64,000 nucleotides of DNA from Patescibacteria group bacterium (GCA_041666325.1 JBAYHC010000001.1:137708-201707), one strand, 5' to 3'; shown: positions 36,181 to 47,146, counted from the first letter of the stretch. Translations and numbers: made by a program. Notes: generated by a model from the letters alone, not told the origin.

Positions 36181-37269
36181 TTATTTATCATTTTTTAGCA
36201 CTCTATCAACTGTTTCCTTAAACTCTTTTCTAAAGCGTTCATTGGAGAAGGTCTCCGCATGCTTACGTATTTTGCCGCTATCGAACTTGTCCGGCTTGAA
36301 ATTTCTCACAGTATCGATCAAACATTGGGGGGTCTGTTCCTCAAACAACACCCCGGTAACACCCGGAACAACGGTTTCAACTGTTCCACCCTTGCCATAG
36401 GCAATAACCGGCCGACCGGCGGCCATTGCCTCAACGGGAACGATGCCGAAGTCCTCCTCTGCAGCAAAAACAAAAGCCCGCGCCTCTGCATAGTATTTCT
36501 TGATTTCCTCATCACTCAAGAAACCGAGAAACTCAATATTTTTCTTCGCTCTTTGCTCCAAAGCGGCCTTGTCTGGCCCCTGGCCGATTATCTTCAGTGG
36601 CAAGCCGAGATCATTAAAGGCATCAATGACCAGATCGCACTTCTTGTAACCAATTAAACGACTGACGAAAAGATAATAATTGCCGACTTTGTCACTATCT
36701 ACCGGCTCAAATCGCTCGATACCAACAGGTGGATGAACAGTGATTGAGTCGCGGCCATAATACTTTTTAATCCGCTTGCCGACATAGTCGGAGTTAGCAA
36801 GAAAATGGTCAACGCGATCTGCGGCGACGCGATCCCACAATCTCATCTTGTGAGAGGTGATGTTTCTCAGCCAAGAGAACTTACCCTTAGATGCCCTAGG
36901 GTCAACACTGGCTTCCCACAAATATCTCGGTGGCGTATGGCAATACGAAACGTGTACCGTGTCTGGTCGAGTGATAACACCTTTCGCGGCCATATGGGTG
37001 CTTGAGATGACTAAGTCAAACTGAGAAAGATCAAATTGCTCAAAAGCAAATGGGGTAAATGGTATCAGCGCCTCTCGCCTGGTTTTCATGAGAGGAATTT
37101 TCTGCAAAAACGAAGTATGGATCTCAAAGTCAGCGAAGGGAGCAGCTTTGACTGGATCAAAAACGGAGGTGTAAATTGGAGCATCGGGATATATCTTCTT
37201 CAACTCAAGCAAGACTCGCTCAGAGCCAGCAACACTGGTTAACCATTCGTGTATTAGAGCAACTTTCAT
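36181..37269 (-). CDS. GT4 family glycosyltransferase
   Basis: MKVALIHEWL...GSE; EEDFGIVPVEAMAAG. Confidence 0.93.
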   Translation of the reverse strand: MKVALIHEWLTSVAGSERVLLELKKIYPDAPIYTSVFDPVKAAPFADFEIHTSFLQKIPLMKTRREALIPFTPFAFEQFDLSQFDLVISSTHMAAKGVITRPDTVHVSYCHTPPRYLWEASVDPRASKGKFSWLRNITSHKMRLWDRVAADRVDHFLANSDYVGKRIKKYYGRDSITVHPPVGIERFEPVDSDKVGNYYLFVSRLIGYKKCDLVIDAFNDLGLPLKIIGQGPDKAALEQRAKKNIEFLGFLSDEEIKKYYAEARAFVFAAEEDFGIVPVEAMAAGRPVIAYGKGGTVETVVPGVTGVLFEEQTPQCLIDTVRNFKPDKFDSGKIRKHAETFSNERFRKEFKETVDRVLKNDK

Positions 37270-37353
37270 TTTGTAATCTTATTACGTGTCAGGTATTGCG
37301 TATCATAGCCCCGACAACACGATGCTTAATTCTTAATTCTTAATACTGAACAC

Positions 37354-38838
37354 CTACTTTGTCTCGACTGATTCTGTCACCGACTCCTTCACTTCCGTGC
37401 CACTTGGCTGAATTGTCTCCGGCGCCCTATACTCCGTCTTGCCGCCAAAGACCTCAGAAAACACCAATCCAACCGTTTTTAAAATGATCATAAGATCAAA
37501 GAGGACTGACCAATTCTCAATATAGTAAGTATCATATTTAACCCTCTCCTTGATTGATGTATCTCCCTTAAGACCGTTAACCTGGGCCCAACCAGTTATC
37601 CCTGACTTGACTCTGTGGCGGCGAAAATACTCTGGAATCTCTTTTTGAAATTGCTCAACAAATTTGGGCAACTCTGGCCTGGGACCAACAAAACTCATCG
37701 TGCCAAATAAAACGTTGAAGAATTGGGGCAACTCATCGATGTTGGTCTTGCGCAGCAAAAGCCCGAACGGAGTAATTCTGCTCTTCTCGTCAGCCTTTGT
37801 CGTCCATTTCTTACCCTTCTCACTATAATCACATTTGTCGTAGTACATCGAGCGGAATTTATAGAAATCAAAGGTCTGCCCATCACGACCAACACGCTTC
37901 TGCTTAAAGACGATCGGTCCAGAAGAGGTAAGTCTGGTGCCAACGGCGGCGAATATCAACAATGGTGACGAAAGGAGAAGCGCGACTAGCGAAAAGAGAA
38001 TGTCTAGAATTCGTTTTGTTACACGTCCCCAACCATCAAGTGGAATCGGCTGAAGAGCCATCACTGGAGTAGAGCCAACCAATCCAAGGGAAACATTCTT
38101 TGTGGCTAGTGCCAACAAATCCGGAACGTAACGAAATGAGGCATGGCGGTCAGCACATAGCTGCAAAATATCCAACCCATTAGACTTACGGATTGACCCG
38201 TCGGTGACTATAACGTCGTCAACTTGATATTTTGTCATCACATCACCCAGCTCATCCAGCGCCCCCAACACCTTGAGCCCATTCTTGCTTGGCCTACCAT
38301 CAATTGTCAAAATACCGCAAATATTATAACCACAATTCTTATCGCGGGAGATGAACTGAATTATCTTCTCGGCAGAGCCATTGTCGCCGATAACAAGAGT
38401 GTTGCTAACTCCGATTTTAAAACGGAAGAGATAACTTCTGATTGCTCTAATAAGCAACCGGCCGAAAGCAAGAGTGAAAACGCTTAAACCCCAGGTAAAG
38501 ATTAATATCAGACGAGAGAAAAAGAGAGAACGGGAAAGGAAGATGGCCACGATCAAGATTAACATAGCCGTTGATGACGCACTGAATATCCTGTACAACT
38601 CTTTCCAGAAACTCCTGGTATTACCGATGCCATAAAGATCATTTAGCCCCAACAAAATTATCCATGCAGGCATAAGATAGAGTGAGTACCGCAGATATTC
38701 TCGCAAACCGATATCAGAGAAGGCTGGCACCACCTCAAGATCAATTCTGATGTAATAAGCCAGAACAAAGGCGGTGATAATCATGACGATATCTACCGGA
38801 ATCTGAATTGAGGCAAAAAATAATTCTGAACGTTTCAT
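37354..38838 (-). CDS. Undecaprenyl-phosphate sugar phosphotransferase (WcaJ/WbaP family)
   Basis: N-terminal TMs; KFRSM; DELPQFFNV; SFVGPRP; GITGWAQV. Confidence 0.93.
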   Translation of the reverse strand: MKRSELFFASIQIPVDIVMIITAFVLAYYIRIDLEVVPAFSDIGLREYLRYSLYLMPAWIILLGLNDLYGIGNTRSFWKELYRIFSASSTAMLILIVAIFLSRSLFFSRLILIFTWGLSVFTLAFGRLLIRAIRSYLFRFKIGVSNTLVIGDNGSAEKIIQFISRDKNCGYNICGILTIDGRPSKNGLKVLGALDELGDVMTKYQVDDVIVTDGSIRKSNGLDILQLCADRHASFRYVPDLLALATKNVSLGLVGSTPVMALQPIPLDGWGRVTKRILDILFSLVALLLSSPLLIFAAVGTRLTSSGPIVFKQKRVGRDGQTFDFYKFRSMYYDKCDYSEKGKKWTTKADEKSRITPFGLLLRKTNIDELPQFFNVLFGTMSFVGPRPELPKFVEQFQKEIPEYFRRHRVKSGITGWAQVNGLKGDTSIKERVKYDTYYIENWSVLFDLMIILKTVGLVFSEVFGGKTEYRAPETIQPSGTEVKESVTESVETK

Positions 38839-39157
38839 GAATATAAACAAATAATTGATAGATGATTTGATCTGCCTGCCACGTACCGAACAGGCTCTGT
38901 CAGATGACCGGCCAGCAGAGATAACATGGGCCGACTATCGCATATCGACAATATAATCGAGACAGATGCAAAATTCAACACTCAAAGCAGAAAGAAAACG
39001 GTAGAGGGCAAAGAGAATAAGAGCAGGAACAAGCAGGTACAGCTAGGATACTTGTGCGTTCCTTGCCATCTCTTACTCTCTACATCCTGCATCCTAAAAT
39101 CTCCCCCCAATATGCAAAAATGCCCCGACAATTTTATTTGAGGGGACATCTTCGCAA

Positions 39158-39255
39158 AGAGCCTGTCTAACAGCTACCACCAATAGTCATAACCAACACC
39201 ATTTGACTAAAAGCTACTTACCTCCGCCATCAGCGGCAGTTTTCAGACAGGCTCT
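39158..39255. mobile_element. Putative 98-bp MITE-like element
   Basis: Perfect 11-bp terminal inverted repeats AGAGCCTGTCT...AGACAGGCTCT; no ORF. Confidence 0.45.
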
Positions 39256-39284
39256 CATAATCAAAAACAAAAACTTGGAAACTA

Positions 39285-39428
39285 CTACTTTGCTTTACCG
39301 ATACGGAATACCTTTGTGCCACAAGCTGGGCATGTGCCCTGGATGGCTGGCTTGCCGTTCTTCATTGTGATCTCTTGTGCGTTTGAGACGTCAACTTTCT
39401 TTCGGCACTTTACGCAATAAGCCTGCAT
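39285..39428 (-). CDS. DUF5679-like zinc-ribbon protein (47 aa, absent from the ORF track)
   Basis: AAGGAGGTG SD; MQAYCVKCRKK...MKNGKPAIQGTCPACGTKVFRIGKAK. Confidence 0.9.
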   Translation of the reverse strand: MQAYCVKCRKKVDVSNAQEITMKNGKPAIQGTCPACGTKVFRIGKAK

Positions 39429-39816
39429 TTTATTTCACCTCCTTTCGCCTTTGATTATTGTTTAACTGCAACCCTCACTCTTGCGAGCTCACACATTGCG
39501 GTTACATTCACAATTTTATTTTCGAGCCTGCACTCCTGTCAAGCGAATTGCTGCTTTTGGCGAAGAAAAAACCAATTTCTGCTTTCACCTGAAAAGATTA
39601 TCTTTTGTAGGAAATATCTTTTTGTTATTTACTTTCACTCTTTTATCACTTGCTCTTTTGTTCTCACCCTGAGTTATCCCCAGGTAATCAAGACCAGCAG
39701 CGAAGTATTACCATGGGAATACAGCAAAACCCTAATATAGCCAGATACCGTATTTTTTGCCTTCAAGTGGTTTATTTCATCTGCTGCAATGATAATTTAG
39801 CAAAACTACTGATCTA

Positions 39817-40392
39817 TTATTCTGCAGTTTTACCGGTTGAGTCTCCCGCCTCATCATCCGATACAACAACATCATCTATTGATTCATCACTTTGTGACGT
39901 GCTGGACGAAAAATCAACCATCTGCGCCAGCTGCGACAAGCTCCTGAATCCGGAGTAAGACTTTCCCTGATAGATCCATGTCGGATAACCGGTAATACCC
40001 TTTGCGGCGCATTCGTCCGGATTCGCGTTCTCGCCGGATGCGTCGCATTCGACGTAATTGACATACTTAAACGCATCGCCAAAAGCCTTCTTCTGAGATT
40101 TGCAATGAGGGCACCAATACGCCCCATACATTACCGCTCCCCTCTGGGCCAAAAACTTGGCCAGCTTCTCCTTGTATTCAGCACTCTCTCCGCTTTCTCC
40201 ATCAGGAATATTGCTATTATCCATCCCTGAAGAATCCTGACTTACAGAATTGTTGGCAGATGCATCGCCAGAGCTGCTATCACTGCCTTTGCCCTTACCT
40301 GCACCAATTGCTATTCCGGCAACGACAATGACAACCAGAACGATTAGTCCAAACATTGCTCCCTTGTCTTTCACACCACTCCTTCCATTCAT
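39817..40392 (-). CDS. Membrane-anchored thioredoxin-like protein
   Basis: TM; MYGAYWCPHC; YVEC; GYPTW. Confidence 0.85.
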   Translation of the reverse strand: MNGRSGVKDKGAMFGLIVLVVIVVAGIAIGAGKGKGSDSSSGDASANNSVSQDSSGMDNSNIPDGESGESAEYKEKLAKFLAQRGAVMYGAYWCPHCKSQKKAFGDAFKYVNYVECDASGENANPDECAAKGITGYPTWIYQGKSYSGFRSLSQLAQMVDFSSSTSQSDESIDDVVVSDDEAGDSTGKTAE

Positions 40393-40541
40393 TTACTTAG
40401 ACCTCGCGCCCGACATATTTACGCCTCATCTTTGTCTTTGCCATATTAAATCATGCGTAGAAGCTTGTCAAAGTTACAAATTTGCACTTATCCACAAAAA
40501 GAGCCCCGGCAATGTGCCGAGGCAAAGAATAATCAAGGCAA

Positions 40542-41261
40542 TCAAGCGATTGTCATGATCCAGATGTACCAAATGAGATATCCGTCCAAGAGAGCGTAAG
40601 TATGCACCAGTCTTCCTTTAATCATTGCCGTTACCGCCCCCATGATTGCAGACGCTGCCTGGTTGTCCCACGGTAGGACAACTCCGGATTGTTGCAACCG
40701 CCACTGCCGATCTTGGAGAGGTAATTCTTCTAACCGTTCTTTGATAGCATCTGGGTCAAATGTATCTACACAAACCCGAAAGACACGGCGATGCGACCCA
40801 CCGATAATAGTACTGGCATTCTCTTCTGCCTCCGGCGAAATACCGCTGAAGTCAAGAACGATTTCCGTCACCATGTCGTCAGCAGTAACGATCTGCGGAT
40901 GCTCAGCCGGGAAATAACCCAAAGTCGAGTTGCCAACTTCCATCCCCAGCTCCTGGCCATAAATCAGGTTCCCAATCACGGGAAAAGTCCGGATCCCCCG
41001 GCCAAGCCCAAACTTCCGTATTGCTTTAGCTAGCATCCCCTCCCAAGGGGCGCCCCAAGGCATCAGAATGTCCTTGCGCGACTTCTCCCACTCCGCCCGA
41101 TCAAATCCTAGCAAATCAAGGAAAGCATCAGGGCTATCGATTGTGTCGGGCACAACCCGATCAATGATCAGTGAGTTTGGCCCGCCCGAATAGCCGATGA
41201 ATCGCCTCACTGCCGCAACATTCACTCCGACCGAACCAGCAAGGTTCAAACACACATTCAT
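40542..41261 (-). CDS. Hypothetical protein with an apparent two-fold internal repeat
   Basis: 239-aa ORF; DTxDxD/P...PW...LxxGxL/Y pattern occurs twice; purine-rich SD. Confidence 0.65.
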   Translation of the reverse strand: MNVCLNLAGSVGVNVAAVRRFIGYSGGPNSLIIDRVVPDTIDSPDAFLDLLGFDRAEWEKSRKDILMPWGAPWEGMLAKAIRKFGLGRGIRTFPVIGNLIYGQELGMEVGNSTLGYFPAEHPQIVTADDMVTEIVLDFSGISPEAEENASTIIGGSHRRVFRVCVDTFDPDAIKERLEELPLQDRQWRLQQSGVVLPWDNQAASAIMGAVTAMIKGRLVHTYALLDGYLIWYIWIMTIA

Positions 41262-41631
41262 ACCACTTTCCCCCTCTCTGTGGTCGCGTGTCCTGATTCA
41301 CAATCATTATTTAATCACACTTTTCCCCACTTGTCCACTAGCAAGTCCACAACCGCTCGCATGGGTATTCTGTCACTTTTCTTCCTTGATCTCCCCAAAC
41401 AGAGTTCGGAAAGACACAGAGACTTAGACGTGCTCCTCCCTTCTACTCTCTACTTTCTACTCTCTACTTTCTGGGCAAAGAAAAAACGGGCTGGCTAGGC
41501 CCGTCTCGGTATGTGCCGGTCTTCAACCGGTTTTTTGTTTGCCGTAAATATGGCACCTTCCTCCTTGGAATGTCCCCCGAGGGGGAGCGGCCGCGTAGTT
41601 CGTGCGTCCGCTCCCCACTCAGGGCTGTGTG

Positions 41632-43185
41632 TCAGGCCGCGGCGCCGGCGGGCTCGCCGCGCTGCTTGCGATTGCGGCCGTTGGCGCTCGGCTTGGCGAT
41701 GCCCTCGAGGAGCTCCTTGTCCGCGGGGGACAGGATGTCCCCGATTGTGGCGAGCTTGTCGTCCCCGGCTACCAACCGCACCGTCGGGCCGTCGTCGCCC
41801 TGCTGCACCTCGTCGATGGGCTCGGTGTCGCTGGGCCCGGCCTCTTCGGTGAGGCGGGCTTCTTCGGCGACACGCCGCCTGGCGGCACCGCGGCCGCCGA
41901 TCGGCTTCTCGCGCTCGGCCTCGGTCTTGCGGTCCTTGCCTTTGCCGCTGCCCTTGTCAGGTGCGGACTGAGGCTCGGACGCTGGTGCCGTGGCCGGTGC
42001 TGCGGTCTTCTCTCCCCGGATCTGGGCCAGCAGGCGCTCGCGCCGGGCATCGGCCTCCTGCTTCTGGGCACGGAGGGCCTCGGCAGCAGCTTTGTCGGCC
42101 TCCTCTTTGGCCTGGAGACGCGCTCCGATGGTGCGGCCGGCGGCTTCGCCCTCGCGGTCGAGGGCAGCGAAGGTCTGCCAGGCCGGCTCAAGCGCCGGAA
42201 CGACCTCGGTGAAGGCGCCGTCACTGAAGGCGTCGCGCCCGTTGCGCAGAGCGCCGACGATCGCACCCCACTCGCTGGAGTGGCGGCCGTCGAACGCCCC
42301 GGTCTCCTTGCGGCTGTCCAGCTCCCACTGCGTCTCCCAGATAGCGAGCTGGGCCCGGGCGAAGCTGACGACGTCCTCTTCGGGCACGTCATGGCACATG
42401 GCCACAACGCTGAGGGCCATCATAGTCGCCTCGCGGAGCTTGTCGGGGTCTTCGGCCTTGCGCGCCTCATCGAACAGATCCTGGGTTGCCTGCACGAGAT
42501 CACCCAGATCCTCCTCGCGGCCAAGCTCACGGACAGCATGGCGCGCGATGCCGAGGGCCTTGCGCGGCGCCCTCTCGGCCGGCGGCGGCGGGGTGTTGTC
42601 CCGCTCCTGCCGCTGCTCGCGCACTGGCTGACGCTGCTCGGCCACGATCCGGCCAGTCGGCTCCTCCACCATAATGGTCGGAGCCGTAACGTCCCCCGCC
42701 TTGCGGTAGGGGACGACGCGCGCGGCCTTGCGGGCGCTGCGCACCTCGTCCAGAACCTCGCGAGCCTGGCGCAGAGCCTCGTATCCGGCCCTGTCGTCAC
42801 CATTGCGGTCTGCCCTGCGGGCGGCGCCGATGGCGCTGGCGATCAGGCCGAAATTCCGGTTCCGCTTCTCTTCCCAGCCGGGGAAGGCCCCGGCGGCCTT
42901 GCCCTCGTCGAAGTCTGCCTGGGTGGCCTCGATGGCCACGCCAAGCGCGGAGCGGCGGACGTCGGGTACGTCGGGGCCGCGATACGATCGCGGCTCGTAG
43001 TCCCGACCCTGCGGTTCCTCTTCGCCCTCGATGGCGACGAGGAACTGAGTCAGGGCCCCCATCACTTTCGATACGCGGCCGCTCCGCGTGCGGACCGGCT
43101 CAGCCGAACGATAGTCATCACGCCGGGGCTCCTGCCCCTGGCGTCCTCGCGGTGCAAACGGATCGAACCTGTTGTCGTTACCCAT
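41632..43185 (-). CDS. GC-rich hypothetical Ala/Arg/Glu-rich helical protein (517 aa)
   Basis: GGAGG SD before ATG at 43185; TTGACA-17-TAATAT promoter at 43373-43401. Confidence 0.8.
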   Translation of the reverse strand: MGNDNRFDPFAPRGRQGQEPRRDDYRSAEPVRTRSGRVSKVMGALTQFLVAIEGEEEPQGRDYEPRSYRGPDVPDVRRSALGVAIEATQADFDEGKAAGAFPGWEEKRNRNFGLIASAIGAARRADRNGDDRAGYEALRQAREVLDEVRSARKAARVVPYRKAGDVTAPTIMVEEPTGRIVAEQRQPVREQRQERDNTPPPPAERAPRKALGIARHAVRELGREEDLGDLVQATQDLFDEARKAEDPDKLREATMMALSVVAMCHDVPEEDVVSFARAQLAIWETQWELDSRKETGAFDGRHSSEWGAIVGALRNGRDAFSDGAFTEVVPALEPAWQTFAALDREGEAAGRTIGARLQAKEEADKAAAEALRAQKQEADARRERLLAQIRGEKTAAPATAPASEPQSAPDKGSGKGKDRKTEAEREKPIGGRGAARRRVAEEARLTEEAGPSDTEPIDEVQQGDDGPTVRLVAGDDKLATIGDILSPADKELLEGIAKPSANGRNRKQRGEPAGAAA

Positions 43186-43583
43186 TGAACACAAACCTCC
43201 ACTCCCCTGCCCGACCAAACGGGCATTGCCGGGGAGCTGACCGAAAGTGCCAGCCGTCACCATTGAAGCGGCTAGACTGGCGGGTGTAATGAAAACTTTG
43301 AAAGTGAACTCTTCGGCAAGCCGGCGAAAATCATGCCGGTCGCGAACAAAGTCACTCACTAAAGTTGCTGCTATATTAGCATATTTCCACGTCTCTGTCA
43401 AGACCCATGGCCGTGAATCGAGACGAATCCAGTTAATATCGCCTGTATCGCTAAATATTATGCTGGATATGCACGATCGACGATATCTAGCATAAGACCA
43501 ATTGATAGTACGCAAAAACATGCAAGCATTAAAATGCTTACCGCTGATCAGGTAGTATTATCGCAAAAAAAAGAAATGGGTTA

Positions 43584-45632
43584 TTAGATCAAGCCCTCGA
43601 GTGCGGCGATCTGATCCCTAATCTCGGCCGCACGCTCGAATTCCAGCCGTTCTGCTGCTTCGCGCATGAGTCCTTCGAGCTCGCGAACGACTTTCCTCTT
43701 CTCCTGTGCTGGCAACCCCTTAAAAGAGCGGTTTATTTCTAAGAGCTCTTTTTCTTCCTTCTCAATTTGAGGCTTAAGGGTTTTGGTAATGGTCTGGGGT
43801 GTAACTCCATGTTCCTTGTTGTATCTTTCCTGTAATTTGCGCCTCTCATTGGTCTCATTTATGGCCACCCTCATCGATTCAGTCATCAAATCAGCATACA
43901 TAATTACTTTACCTTCGGAGTGACGGGCCGCGCGACCGATCGTCTGGACGAGCGAGGTGCGGCTGCGCAAGAAACCCTCCTTGTCGGCATCCAGAATCGC
44001 CACAAGCGACACCTCCGGCAGATCGAGTCCCTCGCGCAGCAGATTGATGCCAACCAAAACATCATATTTACCCAAGCGGAGCGAATGCAAAATTTCACTT
44101 CGTTCCAGAGTATCAACGTCAGAGTGAATATAAGAAACCTTAATAAAATTTTCTGTTAGATATTCTGTCAGCTCCTCTGCCATCCTTTTGGTCAGGGTCG
44201 TCACGAGGACACGTTGGCTCCTCTCCACGCGCAACCTTATCTCGCTAATTAGGTCCTTGACCTGACCGGCCGTTTTCCTAACCTCTATCCCGGGATCAAG
44301 CAAGCCGGTTGGACGTATAAATTGACGCACGATACCCTCGCCGAGAACTGATAACGGATTTTCGATTGTGGTGCGACGAGCGTCGGCAACATCCTTCGTC
44401 TCTCGTTCGTCGCTAGGCTTGGTATCGCTCATGCGTAACTCATAGTTACCAGGAGTAGCGGAAACATATATCGTCTGACCTCTCTTCTTGTCAAACTCAT
44501 CAAAACGGAGTGGGCGATTATCAAAAGCAGAGGGCAGACGAAAACCAAAATCGATTAGTTTTTTCTTGCGAGAATAGTCACCAGCATGCATGCCGCCGAT
44601 CTGGGGAATAGTCATGTGTGACTCATCAACAACCAAGAGATAATCCTCGGGAAAGTAATCAAGCAGAGTTGTTGGCGGCTCGCCGGGATTTCTGCGGTCG
44701 AAGTATCGAGAGTAGTTTTCTATACCTGAGCATATTCCCGTCGTCTCGATCATCTCCAGATCATAATTAGTTCGTTGTTCCAACCTCTGCGCCTCTAGCA
44801 ATTTCCCCTCAGAGCGAAGCTCACTCAATCTATTCTCAAGATCGGCTCTTATCTCGCCAAGTGCCACCTTCACTACGCTCTCTGGAGTAATAAAGTGCTT
44901 GGCTGGAAAAACTTCAAACTCAGAAAGCCTACCGATAATCTCGCCGCTTGGCCAAGCAACTTCAGATATTTTCTCGACGACATCACCAAAGAACTCGACC
45001 CTGACCAGATTCTCCGAGTATGCAGGGAAAAGATCGAGAATATCCCCCTTAAGACGAAATGTACCTCGCTTCACCTCCAGGTCGTTGCGCTCGAACTGCT
45101 GTTTGACAAGGCTTGCCAACATATCATCCCGCGGAATAGCCTCCCCGACACGAAAAGTAAAATTAGCCGACTGATAAAACTCAGGTGAACCGATGCCGTA
45201 GATGCAAGAGACGGATGCGACAATAATTACATCGCGCCGAGTCAGAAGCGCGTGAGTCGCGGCGTGGCGCAATCGATCTATTTCATCATTAATAGAGGAA
45301 TCCTTCTCAATATAGGTGTCGGTCGATGGAACATACGCCTCCGGCTGGTAATAGTCATAGTACGAAACGAAATAATGAACTGCATTATCGGGAAATACTT
45401 CCCGAAACTCGTCCGCCAGCTGCGCCGCCAGAGTCTTGTTGTGTGCAATCACAAGGGTGGGTCTTTGCACATTGTTAACGACATTAGCAACCGTAAAAGT
45501 CTTGCCACTGCCGGTCACACCCCACAGGGTTTGATGTTTATTGCCATGAATAAGATTAGCCGTTAGCGCCCTAATCGCCTCCGGCTGATCACCCTTGGGA
45601 GTAAAGTTTGATTTTAATTGAAATTTAGTCAT
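43584..45632 (-). CDS. uvrB: Excinuclease ABC subunit B
   Basis: GVTGSGKT; YYDYYQPEAY; DESH; LREGLD. Confidence 0.98.
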   Translation of the reverse strand: MTKFQLKSNFTPKGDQPEAIRALTANLIHGNKHQTLWGVTGSGKTFTVANVVNNVQRPTLVIAHNKTLAAQLADEFREVFPDNAVHYFVSYYDYYQPEAYVPSTDTYIEKDSSINDEIDRLRHAATHALLTRRDVIIVASVSCIYGIGSPEFYQSANFTFRVGEAIPRDDMLASLVKQQFERNDLEVKRGTFRLKGDILDLFPAYSENLVRVEFFGDVVEKISEVAWPSGEIIGRLSEFEVFPAKHFITPESVVKVALGEIRADLENRLSELRSEGKLLEAQRLEQRTNYDLEMIETTGICSGIENYSRYFDRRNPGEPPTTLLDYFPEDYLLVVDESHMTIPQIGGMHAGDYSRKKKLIDFGFRLPSAFDNRPLRFDEFDKKRGQTIYVSATPGNYELRMSDTKPSDERETKDVADARRTTIENPLSVLGEGIVRQFIRPTGLLDPGIEVRKTAGQVKDLISEIRLRVERSQRVLVTTLTKRMAEELTEYLTENFIKVSYIHSDVDTLERSEILHSLRLGKYDVLVGINLLREGLDLPEVSLVAILDADKEGFLRSRTSLVQTIGRAARHSEGKVIMYADLMTESMRVAINETNERRKLQERYNKEHGVTPQTITKTLKPQIEKEEKELLEINRSFKGLPAQEKRKVVRELEGLMREAAERLEFERAAEIRDQIAALEGLI

Positions 45633-46022
45633 GGGCTGAAACTTTATTGGGAAAAGCAGTAATGAAGTGAGGCGATAATGCGGTAAGCTGCAAGGACGGT
45701 TACCATCCCCACGACATTACAGCCATACTGCCCTACTGCTTTATTGCCAAATTTTGCCTTTTCATTTTGAATATCTATTATATGTGGATAACTCCGTTGC
45801 GTCAACGGTTAGCGCCATGATATATCTTGACTAAGTCTGGTACCGACCTTGAATGCCTACGTGTACGAGCCCGCCCGGAGGAGGGGGCTCGTTTTTGTAC
45901 TTGAGAACCTTGACGTGCATCTCGCCACTCATCCATTGACACATAAGCCACGGCCATGTTATAAAAGTAGTTATATCTCACTACGCGGGGCCTGCCACAT
46001 GGCCCCCAAGGAGGACACAACC

Positions 46023-46340
46023 TTGCGGAAATTCGGACAGATCAAGCCGAGTTCGAACGCGGCGCAACGGTGCCACTGGGCCCGCCCCTACTTCAAGCCT
46101 CTACGTGAACATGTGGGGGCAACCCACATGGAATGTGGTGTGATGAGCCACACCGAAGAGTCGGTCAAGACAGTCGCCGCCGAGCGCGGCAGCTTCCGGT
46201 TGAAGGAGAACACCTCCATCGACTGGGAGAGAGTCATGGCCCACGCAGCCGCCAGTCACGCAAGACACAGGGTGGCCAGTGTCCGTATCGCAGAAACACT
46301 GGAAGAGCCGCTCGCCCGAGTGGCATCCGCCGGCACATAG
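46023..46340 (+). CDS. Hypothetical protein (~105 aa)
   Basis: AAGGAGG SD then TTG; upstream TTGACA...TATAAA; terminator gagccgac/gtcggctc plus T tract. Confidence 0.6.
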   Translation: MRKFGQIKPSSNAAQRCHWARPYFKPLREHVGATHMECGVMSHTEESVKTVAAERGSFRLKENTSIDWERVMAHAAASHARHRVASVRIAETLEEPLARVASAGT

Positions 46341-46429
46341 CCGGCACCGCAAGTTGCTGATTGCCACCTCCCCGGTGGCACCCAGAGCCGACGCCCGTCG
46401 GCTCGTTTTTATTCTCCCCCTTCTACTTT

Positions 46430-47146
46430 CTACCTAAATAGATCTGGTCTTTTTTTCTTTGTCCTCTCTTTGGCTTGCTCAAGCCGCCACTTTGCAATCT
46501 CAGAATGATTGCCTGACTTTAGTACTTCTGGCACGAGTGATCCCTTGTATTCATCGGGGCGAGTATAAACCGGATACTCCAGAAGCAGGTGACCATCTTC
46601 ATCCCTCAAATTAAAACTCTCATCTGAAAATGATTCATCCTTACCCAAAACACCCGACACAAGACGCGATGTGGCATCAACAATCGCCATTGCCGCAATT
46701 TCTCCTCCCGTAAGAACGAAGTCGCCCAGCGAAATCTCCTCATCAACCAGGTTCTGTCTGATCCGTTCATCAAAACCCTCATAGTGTCCACAAACCAAGA
46801 TGATATCAGACATCTTTGATAACTCCTCTGCCTTTTTCTGATTGAACGGTTGCCCCTGTGGCGTCATCAAAACAGTTCTTCGCAGTTCGTAATCAGGAGT
46901 TCTCACATCACCTTTGATCGCGTTTAGAGCGCTATCCATGACGTCGACTTTTAGCACCATGCCTGGACCACCGCCATAAGGCGTATCATCAACAGTTTTA
47001 TGTTTATCAAGCGCAAAATCACGCAGATTGTAGAGTTTAATTGCGATTGAATCGTTTTGCTGCGCACGCTTCAAAATGCTCTCAGAGAAGGGACTCTGAA
47101 ACATTTCGGGAAAAAGCGTTAAGATGTGGAAAGTAATCTTTGCCAT
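46430..47146 (-). CDS. trmD: tRNA (guanine-N1)-methyltransferase
   Basis: DDTPYGGGPGMV; CGHYEGFDER; SLGDFVLTGGE. Confidence 0.97.
   Translation of the reverse strand: MAKITFHILTLFPEMFQSPFSESILKRAQQNDSIAIKLYNLRDFALDKHKTVDDTPYGGGPGMVLKVDVMDSALNAIKGDVRTPDYELRRTVLMTPQGQPFNQKKAEELSKMSDIILVCGHYEGFDERIRQNLVDEEISLGDFVLTGGEIAAMAIVDATSRLVSGVLGKDESFSDESFNLRDEDGHLLLEYPVYTRPDEYKGSLVPEVLKSGNHSEIAKWRLEQAKERTKKKRPDLFR

Noticed and set aside
41602-43188. 528-aa plus-strand ORF and other long overlapping ORFs
   Set aside because: Shadow frames of a GC-rich gene; promoter, SD and terminator all support the minus strand.
45783-45791. oriC suggested by DnaA boxes (here and near 40489)
   Set aside because: Isolated single boxes with no cluster and no dnaA nearby.
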